Of a stretch of 64,000 nucleotides of DNA, positions 10,915 through 23,517 are shown piece after piece. The stretch's first letter is position 1; every line of letters begins with the position of its first letter. Both the position numbers and the translations under genes were made by a program. Origin of the DNA: Rhynchopus sp. YZ270_cl-10 (Eukaryota); the NCBI GenBank assembly GCA_964035575.1, contig OZ037845.1, forward strand, positions 558,001 to 622,000, given 5' to 3'. The notes under the pieces are model-generated. The model saw nothing but the letters and a program-made list of their open reading frames with translations, made no database searches and was not told where the DNA came from.

Positions 10915-13900
10915 TCCTGGGCTGTGTGTTTTTTTTTTTTTTTTTTTGTGTTTTGTTTTTGCAAGGTTTTCTGGGTTTCGTTCACAATTCCCCCAACCCC
11001 CTCCCACAATACTCCTACACAGGATTCTTTTTTCTCTCCTACGTATTGAGTTTTGGGGAATTTACTGTATTTTTTTTTTTATATTTTTTACTCAAAAAAG
11101 ACGCCCATTGTTTACGCTAATAAATAAGAGAGACTAATTTTCCCTTTGGTTTAAAATGTTATGTTCGGATATTGCCTTTTGGTGTGGTTCTCTTTTTGTT
11201 TATTTGCTTCCTTTACGCACAATACCCTTCATTTCACACATAACACTTTTATACAGACCGATTCACACACTCCAAACTCCTTAACCACTTTTTTTCTATT
11301 TGTTATTTGCACCAGTCGCCCGAAGGCCTTTTTTTTTTGTTTTTGTAGTTTTTTTTTTTTCGCAAGATAAAGTGTGTATCCTCCTGGAAGAGTAGAATGT
11401 CTTACAACACGGCACATAGATCACAAACCCATCCTCATGATCAGGCAGAGGTGAGATGGTCAGGAATCAGGCACTCATTAAAAATAATGTTGCACCCACC
11501 CTTTTGCTGCGGGTCTGATTGCCCGATCAAAGAGGGCTGATACAAAGCAAGTGTACTACAAGCTAGCAAAAGAAAAGAAAAAATGAAATAAAGGTTGTTT
11601 GTTGTTCGCTTCCACACCACTTCTGCACTCAGATTCAAGTCTTTTGGCTGTCCTTACAAGCGCCTGCCAAAACGCTCGCCTCGTGGGTGTGGACTTTTTT
11701 TTTTCCTTCTTCGACTTGATTTACGATATGGTTGTGTTTGCCTGAAGTACAGAAAGTGTCGTGGAGCACAGGGGGGAAAAGAGGGGGAAAACAAGCGGGG
11801 AGCGGGATACACAGACGCGCGACTTTTCACGAGGGTCTCGAGCTTTTGTCAAATACTACGTGTTTACCAAGCATGTCCTTAAATCGGGGGAAAATCAGGG
11901 ATTTTCTGGTTTTCAAATCGCAAAACTGGAGAAGACATTTTTTTTGCTGTTGTAGGGCCGCAGTGCGGGTGGTCACATTTTTCTCTTCCCCCACCCCAGT
12001 GTCTTATCCAGGAATCCAGATTTCAAGGGGGTCAGCTTGTTTTGTTGCCCAATATTATTTCCAGCGCTGCTGGTCAGGGAAGACAGTGGGAACATTGGGA
12101 ACTGTATAAAAAATGGCGCCGCAGGCGAAAAAAATTTAGGGCAGGGTGTAAAAATTTAGCTTTTTACACCACAGAGTCACTCAACGAACCCTTTTTTGCG
12201 GAGCAAAAAAGGGAAAATCATGGATGTAGAAAGTACTTCACGTACTTTTTTTTGAAAAAAAAAAGTAAAAAAGTACGTGACAAAAAATAAAAAAAAAACG
12301 TACATTTTCAGGAAAATTCGGAAAATTCCGAGATTTGGAAGCAATTTTTCTCCTGAAAATCAGTGGGTTTTCAGCCCCAAAACATACCGCGATTGGAATT
12401 TCCGGAATCCGTCCGCGCTGTGGTGGGGTCACTTTGCCGAAATGGCCAATTTTTTGGTTTTGGTCAAAATCCATGTGGGTAAAGAGGGCCAATGTAAATC
12501 CCACAACCAGATTTTCTCTCCCTGATCCTGAACGTCTTGCAACATGAAAATGCGCGAAAACACCGGCATTTGCATTTCCGGAATTCGTCCGTTCTGTGGT
12601 GGGGTCAATTTGCCGAAATGGACAAGTTCTTGGTTTTGGTCAAAACCCGTCAGTGTAAGGTAAAGGGGGCAAGTGTTTGCCTGTAGAAACTGGAAGGGAA
12701 CAGGCAGCGCCGCAGGCGCACGGTAACCAACTTTTTTTTTTTTTTCCTTTTCTTTTTTTCTCCTCTTTCTTTTGACTTTCCGAGCCAATTGCGTTCCACG
12801 GCGGGGTCACATGTATATGCAAGTCCACTATGTGGTGGTCTTACTCAACAATATTAGAACTTCTGGTTTCTTAATGAAATCCCCGTACTGCAAAAAAAAA
12901 AACGTTCCTACCAAAACCCCCAAAAATCCCGGGATGAGGGATGGACTTTAGCGCGAGCTCTGCCTGGGCTGTGTGTTTTTTTTTTTTTTTTTTTTGTGTT
13001 TTGTTTTTGCAAGGTTTTCTGGGTTTCGTTCACAATTCCCCCAACCCCCTCCCACAATACTCCTACACAGGATTCTTTTTTCTCTCCTACGTATTGAGTT
13101 TTGGGGAATTTACTGTATTTTTTTTTTTATATTTTTTACTCAAAAAAGACGCCCATTGTTTACGCTAATAAATAAGAGAGACTAATTTTCCCTTTGGTTT
13201 AAAATGTTATGTTCGGATATTGCCTTTTGGTGTGGTTCTCTTTTTGTTTATTTGCTTCCTTTACGCACAATACCCTTCATTTCACACATAACACTTTTAT
13301 ACAGACCGATTCACACACTCCAAACTCCTTAACCACTTTTTTTCTATTTGTTATTTGCACCAGTCGCCCGAAGGCCTTTTTTTTTTGTTTTTGTAGTTTT
13401 TTTTTTTTCGCAAGATAAAGTGTGTATCCTCCTGGAAGAGTAGAATGTCTTACAACACGGCACATAGATCACAAACCCATCCTCATGATCAGGCAGAGGT
13501 GAGATGGTCAGGAATCAGGCACTCATTAAAAATAATGTTGCACCCACCCTTTTGCTGCGGGTCTGATTGCCCGATCAAAGAGGGCTGATACAAAGCAAGT
13601 GTACTACAAGCTAGCAAAAGAAAAGAAAAAATGAAATAAAGGTTGTTTGTTGTTCGCTTCCACACCACTTCTGCACTCAGATTCAAGTCTTTTGGCTGTC
13701 CTTACAAGCGCCTGCCAAAACGCTCGCCTCGTGGGTGTGGACTTTTTTTTTTCCTTCTTCGACTTGATTTACGATATGGTTGTGTTTGCCTGAAGTACAG
13801 AAAGTGTCGTGGAGCACAGGGGGGAAAAGAGGGGGAAAACAAGCGGGGAGCGGGATACACAGACGCGCGACTTTTCACGAGGGTCTCGAGCTTTTGTCAA

Positions 13901-14350
13901 ATACTACGTGTTTACCAAGCATGTCCTTAAATCGGGGGAAAATCAGGGATTTTCTGGTTTTCAAATCGCAAAACTGGAGAAGACATTTTTTTTGCTGTTG
14001 TAGGGCCGCAGTGCGGGTGGTCACATTTTTCTCTTCCCCCACCCCAGTGTCTTATCCAGGAATCCAGATTTCAAGGGGGTCAGCTTGTTTTGTTGCCCAA
14101 TATTATTTCCAGCGCTGCTGGTCAGGGAAGACAGTGGGAACATTGGGAACTGTATAAAAAATGGCGCCGCAGGCGAAAAAAATTTAGGGCAGGGTGTAAA
14201 AATTTAGCTTTTTACACCACAGAGTCACTCAACGAACCCTTTTTTGCGGAGCAAAAAAGGGAAAATCATGGATGTAGAAAGTACTTCACGTACTTTTTTT
14301 TGAAAAAAAAAAGTAAAAAAGTACGTGACAAAAAATAAAAAAAAAACGTA
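10915..14350. repeat. Direct duplication of a ~1.39-kb module (10915-12302 and 12963-14350); also at 50236-53671
   Basis: ORF track repeats at an offset of 2048 (e.g. 11161 and 13209). Confidence 0.9.
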
Positions 14351-14899
14351 CTTTTTTACCAGGCCTGGGCCTAAAGTGGGTGCCCGGGGCCCGATTTTGA
14401 TTTTATTTTATTTTTTCTAAGGATTTTACACGGGGGAAAAATTATTTTTTCTAAGGATTTTATACGGGGAAAATTTATTTTTCTAAGGGTTTTTCTGAGG
14501 GGAAAAAGTCTGGGGGGTCCCGGCCCGTGTGGCTGAGAATAACTCGCACTCTGCCCGGGGAGTGCGGTACCAAGCCATAATGAACAAAAATAGTCTCCAC
14601 CCCGCTTCCTTCGGTCTCGTCCCTTTCACCTCCCGCACAACAGAATAAATAATAATACACGGTGGTAGCAAAGTGCATTGCGTTGGCGCACTTGGGCAGG
14701 CCCTGACGGCACTGAGGAACGGAAAAAAAAAAAAATTCCGCGCCGCCCAGGGCTGCACCTTAAAAAAAAAAATTTGCCTGCGGCGCCATTTTCCCTTTTT
14801 TTCTCTGCAAAAAAGGATTCGCTGAGTGGCTTTGTGGTGTAAAAGCTGCATTTTTCATACTGTACCCTAATTTTTTTTCGCCTGCGGCGCCGTTTTATA
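14153..14899. mobile_element. MITE-like segment with ~115-bp imperfect inverted repeats; also at 26109-26854, 38038-38783, 53474-54220
   Basis: TATAAAAAATGGCGCCGCAGGCGAAAA...AAAAGGGAAAAT on the left is mirrored in reverse complement at ~14787-14899. Both outer ends are TATA. Non-coding. Confidence 0.45.
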
Positions 14900-15684
14900 T
14901 TCATCCCGAACATTCAGGGTGCACGTAGCGCGTAGCGCGCCCGGGTTTAGGACCCCTTCTTGAATTTCGAGGGGGCGGTTCACGTTACAGTAGGTCCAGA
15001 ATCATAGTTCAATTTAACCCCGCTAAGCAACTCGCTGGTGGTAATGACCAAAACGTGTATCAGCCAAGAATTTGCCCATTTTTTTCAAAATGACCCCGTG
15101 ACAGTGAGGGTAAAAGCTCGGAAAACCCGAAAAAGGCCAAAAAAACTCCCCGAAAAGGGAAAACCGAGAACATATTTCGGCAGGGGGGCAGCGTGTTCTC
15201 AGAAAAATCCAAAAATTGCCTGTAAAAATCCTTAGAAAAAACCCGGGTGCCCGATCCAAAAAAATGGAAAAAACCCCAGGGTGCCCGCCCACCCCTGGAT
15301 GATTGGTACCAGCCCCACCAATTCCTTAAGGAGTTAAATTCCGATTTTTTTCATTTTTTTTTTGCGATTTTTTTGCTCAAAAATTGACGATACCCTGTTT
15401 TCGGGGCAAAACTCTCTAATTTTGGGCAGTTCAAAAAGTGTTTTTTACCTTTGCCAAAACTGAGATACAAAGGGGAAAAAAATGTTTTTCGCCAGCAAAA
15501 ACTGAGAAATAGCCTATTCAGGCAAAACTTTTTTTAAAACTTTTTTTTTGCGCGCGCGCGCGCATTTTTTTCCCAGAGTCAGCGAGCGGGAAACAAAAAA
15601 AAAAGTTGTGCCACCCTTACCCCCTCAAAAAAGACACTTCATATGTACACATTTGCAAGACGACTGGTTAGGAAGTTTGGTCAT

Positions 15685-18600
15685 CTAAATGTGTTTACAG
15701 ATTCTTCGGAGGCATGGCACCCATCTTGTCGTCCTTGTTCTGGTCGGTGGCAACGGTGTGATCCACGTGCGGTTGGGAATATGTGGGACTCGAGACAGCA
15801 ATGCAGGCCACACAGGACGCGAAGCCAACACGCTTTCAGTTGATGTCTTGGGGTCATGATGTGCGTTGACCTGCGCTTCTGCTGCCTGTGTCTGCGCATT
15901 GTTCAGCCAAAATTGTGCGAAGAAGTGGTAGTAATCCTCAAAGTTTCCTGCGTGCACTACACCTATAACGTGATCCTTCAGATTGTCATCCTGCTTGCAC
16001 AACGTGACCCAGTCTTCCGGAAAGGCCACGGTGGTGTGCCACAAGAACACATCAGTTTTGTCTGCTGATTTTTTGACCTCTTTCCACATCTTCCCCATGG
16101 GGGCACCCCTTTTGTTCTTGTGAAAATGTTTTCCTTTGCTGTGCTTTACCTGCAGCACCTCATTCACACCTTTGTGTAGTCGCAAAAAGATATCTCCGTG
16201 AGGTGCCTTCTCTGCGTTCTGGAATGCAGAGTCTGTGAACGGGGCACACTCATGGTGCAAGTTCTTCGGTGAAGATTTGCTCTGCATATTGTCCTTTTGT
16301 TTTGAGCCACGGGTCTGAGTGCGATGCACTGCAAAACGGGGCGTGAGGGGGGTGTTCGTGAACTCGCGACGGCTAGGCTCATTCATCCACTGTACACCTT
16401 TGTGCAGGAGCACCACGCTCGTTGGTCCGGTGTCGTGCAGCTGAGAGAGGAGACACCTATACCACAGCACGAACGACTCGAAGGAAGCGCCGTCCTGCTT
16501 CTCCGCGAAGTTGTACCCCTTGAGCAGGCTTCCCAGCATCGAGGAGTTAACAATAGCCCAGATGAGTGAAAGCCTGAGATATAAATTTTCCCCCTCCTTT
16601 TGAATATCCATGAGGCCCTTGGATAGGTGTGCTGCGAGGTCGGTGTCTTGCTTCAGAGGCACCTTCAGCAGCGCATATCTGAGCAGCATCGTTTGATCCT
16701 CCACGCTGGCAACAATCCCGTTATACCGAATCTTAACTTGGTCACACACAATGCTGAGCAGCTCAGATTCGTCCTTCTCAGGGTGCTCTTTGGCGACGTT
16801 ACAGAGTATCTCAACCGCGCGTCCATAACCTTTCACGATATCGAACAAATTTGTAGACCTACCCTTTGGCATGGTCTCGGGTTCTTTTGTGAGAAATGGG
16901 AGTTGCAAGTAGTGTGGGACCACGCTCGATCCCGTCAATGCATCCACCGCCGTCTTCTTTGCAGTCAGAGTGCATACGCTAAACAGGAAGAACGGAGATC
17001 CCATTTGACAGGACAGCATCACCTCTCGCAGGAAACTACGTATCCTACCGTTGCTCTCTGGGTCTGATACTAGCTCATTGTCCGACAAGTTGTGCACTCC
17101 GTCGATCATCAGCAGGCACACCACGTTAGTCGGGTACTGCTCTTCCTTTCCGAGATATTTGCACAGACGTTCTACAAGCTCGTCGAGAGTGAAGCCAGCT
17201 CTGTGGGCTTCGCTCCACACCACGAAGGCTTTCATATCGTCAGTCGTATGACCCAGCAGATGGAAACAAATCCGATCGACCACAGCAGACTCAGACGGTC
17301 TTTCGTGTTCCTTCTGGTACGAGGTCCCATTCTCGAAGGACACGTTGAAGGTGAATACCGTCTTGCCCTCCGTTTTATGCGCCAACACCTCTGGCACCCT
17401 CATGAGAGCACGAGACTTGCCCATGCCCAGACCTGCGCAGATGATTGCCTGTTCCATAGACTGCTTATCTCTTACTTTGGCATCAAATGCGGCATAGTTC
17501 TTCTCGAAGACGGCACACAACCCGATGTCGAGATCACCACCATTTTGGTATGTCCACGTCATGCCAGAAGACTTCGCCAATGCGTGTGGCTGCTGCAGAC
17601 GTTCAGCCATTCCCTGTGTTTTAATAACCTCCTCCAGAGTGATTGCTCGCTTGCCTTGTTCGACCCGAATGTACCTGAGGTCCTCCCTAATAGTCGCCAG
17701 CTCCTGGCCAATAGTCGCCAGGCGCTGGCCAATAGTCACCAGGCGCTCGCTAACTCCCTGTTTGCGGGAGGGAAAAGGATGTGCAAAACTACAAACAATA
17801 ACATCAAAAACACAGTTTACACCACACTGTACATCTCCACTGCCGACTTTGCAACCCCAACACAACATGTTGCGAATGGGCCATGCTAGAAAATAAAATA
17901 CAAATGGTGTAAAAAGCAAGTAGACCACTCGTCATGCCTCCAAAAGTCCGAGGTACCCTACGCCACACAGACAGCACAACCACATGTAATGACCCACCTA
18001 CTCAAAGGTTAAGTGAATAAAAACAACAAAAATAAGGGTCATACCTCCTTCTCCGTCTCGAGCTTGCGGATTCTGGCGAGTACATCGGCCTCGCTTGGTG
18101 GGACAACCACAAAATACTTCGCAGCAGCACCCAAGGCAGCGCGAGTAAACATTTTATGCTGAACACAACGGATCAAGAGATCAACGTGATCACTGAGCAT
18201 CTTCTTCTCTGTCCGCAGCTCCTTCTTCTCTGTCTCCAGCTTCCTCACAACGTCTTCCTTTTCTGCAACAGAGTCTTTTAGACCAGCCATGGAAGAGGTA
18301 GCCTGTTGTTCATGCAAGGGCAGGGGTACACTTCCGTCATCCACACCAGGAGACATACTTGAAGAGAAAGGGGGTTGGGGAACAGAACAGAACAAAACGA
18401 ATAAAAATAGGGAAAAACAAACGTTGCAGGGCAAGTGTTTGGGTATGCGGGCGGGGGTTGGGTTTTGTGTGAAGAGGAAGGGGAAGGGGAAGAAAAGAGT
18501 CTGCGCAGTGATGTGGTGTGTGAAATAGGTGAGGTGACGTGACGTGAACAACGTGACTAACGTGGCTTCGTGCAGTTGTTCTTTGTTCTTCGAAAAGAAT

Positions 18601-18685
18601 GTGAGCTCTATCATGTCGGAGGTGCAGCTTCCTCACGCTGTGGTGCTTACCTTAAGAGGGGCCGCTGTGCTGCGAACACAGTCAT
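15685..18685 (-). CDS. CR-type NTPase-nuclease, copy 3 (~806 aa; basic 'A' nuclease allele)
   Basis: Exons 18685-18651, 18357-18045, 17757-15685. QVKHSKGKHFHKNKRG loop. Confidence 0.8.
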
Positions 18686-19322
18686 CAAAAACGAGGAAAT
18701 GGTACACCTGATAACCCCATTTGCGTACTTGTTGCGTACTTGGTGAAAGTACGGGGATTTTTTTTTTTTTTGATTTGTGGGTATTTTTATCCACGGTGCG
18801 CTGGTCAGAGGATACCTGGTAAGGGTAGAAAAGGGCCGGTTTGAATCCTATATTAGAGGTTAACATCTAAAAACGGCTGCGTGGAGATCATACGAAACAA
18901 AAGCGAGGTGACCACAGAGTTGTCAATATATCAAAAAAAGAAGTAGAGGTGAAATACAAAGCCCTCTCGTGAACAATGTACCTTGGTACAATGACCGGCT
19001 GTACCGGGGGATACCCAACCATGCAGTACGACATCCATTTCGTGGTTTACATCTGATATGTGCTACTCCCGCTTCCACTCATCAGCCAGATGGGGATCAT
19101 TGCAAAAACAGGAACGCGAATCCTGTGTGATGTAGGGTCTGGTTGGGGAAAAAAAATGAGGGTGAGGGTGGATACCTTTTTTATTCCTGGTCTGCCCTCC
19201 TGGGCTGTGTGTTTTTTTTTTTTGTGTTTTGTTTTTGCAAGGTTTTCTGGGTTTCGTTCACAATTCCCCCAACCCCCTCCCACAATACTCCTACGCAGGA
19301 TTCTTGTTTCTCTCCTACACAT

Positions 19323-19736
19323 CCCATCACGACTCGTGTCGTAGATGAAGTCCACCATGCCGTCCGTTGTGTCTTTGTACTGCTCGTAGACACCAGGCAT
19401 GCTGAAGACCTCCATCGACTTTGCGTTGTCGTCAATCCACCACCATCTGTCCCCGGCAAAGTCTTCTTCTGTTTCACGGGCGGCCTTTTCTTTTCCTATC
19501 TTTGCAACAAGTCTGTCATTGATGAAATTCACACCGGGAAGTGTTTACGGCGGGCTTGGCGACGGTCGTTGGGACAGGGAACCATCTATGTCCTGCATTC
19601 GTAGCTGCTCGTAGTATCTCTTGTACGGGCCCTGCAACGACTGAAACAAGAGCGACAGCGTTAGAAGAAACACCGCCACTCCGATAATTTTCCTGATGCT
19701 CACATGCTTCGCTGTGCGGGACACTCCTTTCCTCAT
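19323..19736 (-). pseudogene. Membrane-protein gene fragment, copy 2
   Basis: Same translation and TAA as 3909-4322 (offset 15,414). Confidence 0.6.
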
Positions 19737-20483
19737 GGTTTGGGTCACTTAGCCGAAATGGCCAAGTTCTTGGTTTTGGGCAAACCCCGCCCAAGCCCCC
19801 AACCCCAACCCCAAAAAAGGGATCTTTGAAATCCGGGTGAAATCGGGTGAAATTGGGCTCAGGTGGGCACAGGTGGGCTCTGGGGGGGCTATTGTGGGCT
19901 GGTCGCGGGACACCACATCATATTCTGTGAAAATTCACTGAAATTTTGTTCATTTTTCCGTGTCCCCACCACAAGCCGGGATTGGCTCGGAAATGCAATA
20001 AAACTACCTATTGGGCGGAAAAAAACAACAGGAAACTTGCGCACTTTTTTTTGCCGTTCTTTTTCGAAAATTTTCAAACGCCCCAGAGTTAGGGTCGGGC
20101 CGAGTCGGCCGACTTTCTGATTTTCCGAACAGTCGTCCCGACTATAAATATTTTTTCGCTATATTTTCCCTTCCGTCTGACTGTTCTTCCCGCTTCCGCT
20201 TCCCTGATTCCATCCCCTTTGTCCTTTATGGTACTCGTCCCCTGTTTTTCTTTCTTCTTCAGCTTTTTCTTTTTCTTTTTCTTTTTCTCTTTTTCTTCCT
20301 CGTCTTCATCCGCCTTTTTTGCAGTACTACGGTAAGCGCAGACACATTTCCAAAAGAATGGGCGTTACTTTCTTTTTCATGAAGATAAGCGAAAACCCTG
20401 CTTGCCAGGTACATAAACACTGAATGCAGCTTGTCCAGCCTCACCTCACATTTTGCAAGACGGCTGGTTAGGCAGTTGGTCAT

Positions 20484-23400
20484 CTAACTGTGTTTACAGA
20501 TTCTCCTGAGGAATGGCACCCATCTTGTCGTCCTTGTTCTGGTCGGTGGCAACGGTGTGATCCACGTGCGGTTGGGAATATGTGGGACTCGAGACAGCAA
20601 TGCAGGCCACACAGGACGCGAAGCCAACACGCTTTCAGTTGATGTCTTGGGGTCATGATGTGCGTTGACCTGCGCTTCTGCTGCTTGTGTCTGCGCATTG
20701 TTCAGCCAAAATTGTGCGAAGAAGTGGTAGTAATCCTCAAAATTTCCTGCGTGCACTACACCTATAACGCGATCCTTCAGATTGTCATCCTGCTTGCACA
20801 AAGTGACCCAGTCTTCCGGAAAGGTCGCAGTGGTGTGCCACAAGAACACATCAGTTTTGTCTGATGATTTTTCGACCTCTTCCCACATCTTCCCCATGGG
20901 GGCACCCTTCTCGTTCTCGCTGTGCTTTACCTGCAGCACCTCATTCACATCTTTGTCTAGTCGCAAAAAGATATCTCCGTAAGGTGCCTTCTCTGCGTTC
21001 TGGAATGCAGAGTCTGTGAACGGGGCACACTCATGGTGCGAGTTCTTCGGTGAAGATTTGCTCTGCATATTGTTATGAACATTTTGTTTTGAACCACGGG
21101 TCTGAGTCTGACGCACTGCAAAACGGGGCGTGAGGGGGGTGTTCGTGAACTCGTGACGGCTAGGCTCATTCATCCACTGTACACCTTTGTGCAGGAGCAC
21201 CATGCTCGTTGGTCCGGTGTCGTGCAGCTTAGAGAGGAGACACCTATACCACAGCACGAACGACTCGAAGGAAGCGCCGTCCTGCTTCTCCGCGAAGGTG
21301 TACCCCTTGAGCAGGCTTCCCGTCATCGAGGAGTTGACAATAGCCCAGATGAGTGAAAGCCTGAGATATAAATTTTCCCCCTCCTTTTGAATATCCATGA
21401 GGCCCTTGGATAGGTGTGCTGCGAGGTCGGTGTCTTGCTTCAGAGGCACCTTCAGCAGCGCATATCTGAGCAGCATCGTTTGATCCTCCACGCTGGCAAC
21501 AATCCCGTTATACCGAATCTTAACTTGTTCACACAGAATGCTGAGCAGCTCAGGTTCGTCCTTCTCAGGGTGCTCTTTGGCGACGTTACAGAGTATCTCA
21601 ACCGCGCGTCCATAACCTTTCACGATATCGAACAAATTTGTAGACCTACCCTTTGGCATGGTCTCGGGTTCTTTTGTGAGAAATGGGAGTTGCAAGTAGT
21701 GTGGGACCACGCTCGATCCCGTCAATGCATCCACCGCCGTCTTCTTTGCAGTCAGAGTGCATACGCTAAACAGGAAGAACGGAGATCCCATTTGACAGGA
21801 CAGCATCACCTCTCGCAGGAAACTACGTATCCTACCGTTGCTCTCTGGGTCTGATACTAGCTCATTGTCCGACAAGTTGTGCACTCCGTCGATCATCAGC
21901 AGGCACACCACGTTAGTCGGGTACTGCTCTTCCTTTCCGAGATATTTGCACAGACGTTCTACAAGCTCGTCGAGAGTGAAGCCAGCTCTGTGGGCTTCGC
22001 TCCACACCACGAAGGCTTTCATATCGTCAGTCGTATGACCCAGCAGATGGAAACAAATCCGATCGACCACAGCAGACTCAGACGGTCTTTCGTGTTCCTT
22101 CTGGTACGAGGTCCCATTCTCGAAGGACACGTTGAAGGTGAATACCGTCTTGCCCTCCGTTTTATGCGCCAACACCTCTGGCACCCTCATGAGAGCACGA
22201 GACTTGCCCATGCCCAGACCTGCGCAGATGATTGCCTGTTCCATAGACTGCTTATCTCTTACTTTGGCATCAAATGCGGCATAGTTCTTCTCGAAGACGG
22301 CACACAACCCGATGTCGAGATCACCACCATTTTGGTATGTCCACGTCATGCCAGAAGACTTCGCCAATGCGTGTGGCTGCTGCAGACGTTCAGCCATTCC
22401 CTGTGTTTTAATAACCTCCTCCAGAGTGATTGCTCGCTTGCCTTGTTCGACCCGAATGTACCTGAGGTCCTCCCTAATAGTCGCCAGCTCCTGGCCAATA
22501 GTCGCCAGGCGCTGGCCAATAGTCACCAGGCGCTCGCTAACTCCCTGTTTGCGGGAGGGAAAAGGATGTGCAAAACTACAAACAATAACATCAAAAACAC
22601 AGTTTACACCACACTGTACATCTCCACTGCCGACTTTGCAACCCCAACACAACATGTTGCGAATGGGCCATGCTAGAAAATAAAATACAAATGGTGTAAA
22701 AAGCAAGTAGACCACTCGTCATGCCTCCAAAAGTCCGAGGTTCCCTACGCCACACAGACAGCACAACCACATATAATGACCCACCTACTCAAAGGTTAAG
22801 TGAATAAAAACTACAAAAATAAGGGTCATACCTCCTTCTCCGTCTCGAGCTTGCGGATTCTGGCGAGTACATCGGCCTCGCTTGGTGGGACAACCACAAA
22901 ATACTTCGCAGCAGTACCCAAGGCATCGCGAGTAAACGTTTTATGCCGAACACAACGGATCAAGAGATCAACGTGATCACTGAGCATCTCCTCCTTTGTC
23001 TGCAACTTCTCCTCCTTTGTGTACAACTCCTTCTTCACTGTCCGCAGCTCCTCCTCCTCTGTCTCCAGCTTCCTCACAACGTCTTCCTTTTCTGCAACAG
23101 AGTCTTTTAGACCAGCCATGGAAGAAGCAGCCTGTTGTTCATTCAAGGGCAGGGGTACACTTCTGTCATCCACACCAGGAGACATACTTGAAGAGAAAGG
23201 GGTTTGGGGAACAGAACAAAACAAAACGAATAAAAACAGGGGAAAACAAACGTTGCAGGGCAAGTGTTTGGGTATACGGGCGGGGGTTGGGTTTTGTGTG
23301 AAGAGGAAGGGGAAGGGGAAGAAAAGAGTCTGCGCAGTGATGTGGTGTGTGAAATAGGTGAGGTGACGTGACGTGAACAATGTGACTAACGTGGCTTTCG

Positions 23401-23517
23401 TGCAGTTGTTCTTTGTTCTTCGAAAAGAATGTGTGAGCTCTATCATGTCGGAGGTGCACCTTCCTCACGCTGTGGTGCTTACCTTAAGAGGGGCCGCTGT
23501 GCTGCGAACACAGTCAT
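20484..23517 (-). CDS. CR-type NTPase-nuclease, copy 4 (~816 aa; B allele)
   Basis: Exons 23517-23483, 23186-22832, 22544-20484. One extra heptad in exon 2. Confidence 0.8.

Noticed and set aside
11380..11640. Possible exon of another gene in the 1.39-kb module
   Set aside because: Balanced composition and an acceptor-like tract, but only short ORFs and no recognisable domain.
15550..15563. (GC)7 tract as a functional Z-DNA site
   Set aside because: A simple short microsatellite with no supporting evidence.
8220..15640. Many 60-157 aa F/K-rich ORFs in the spacers
   Set aside because: Products of poly-A/poly-T tracts. Frames change with homopolymer length between copies, and no transposase or reverse-transcriptase motifs were seen.
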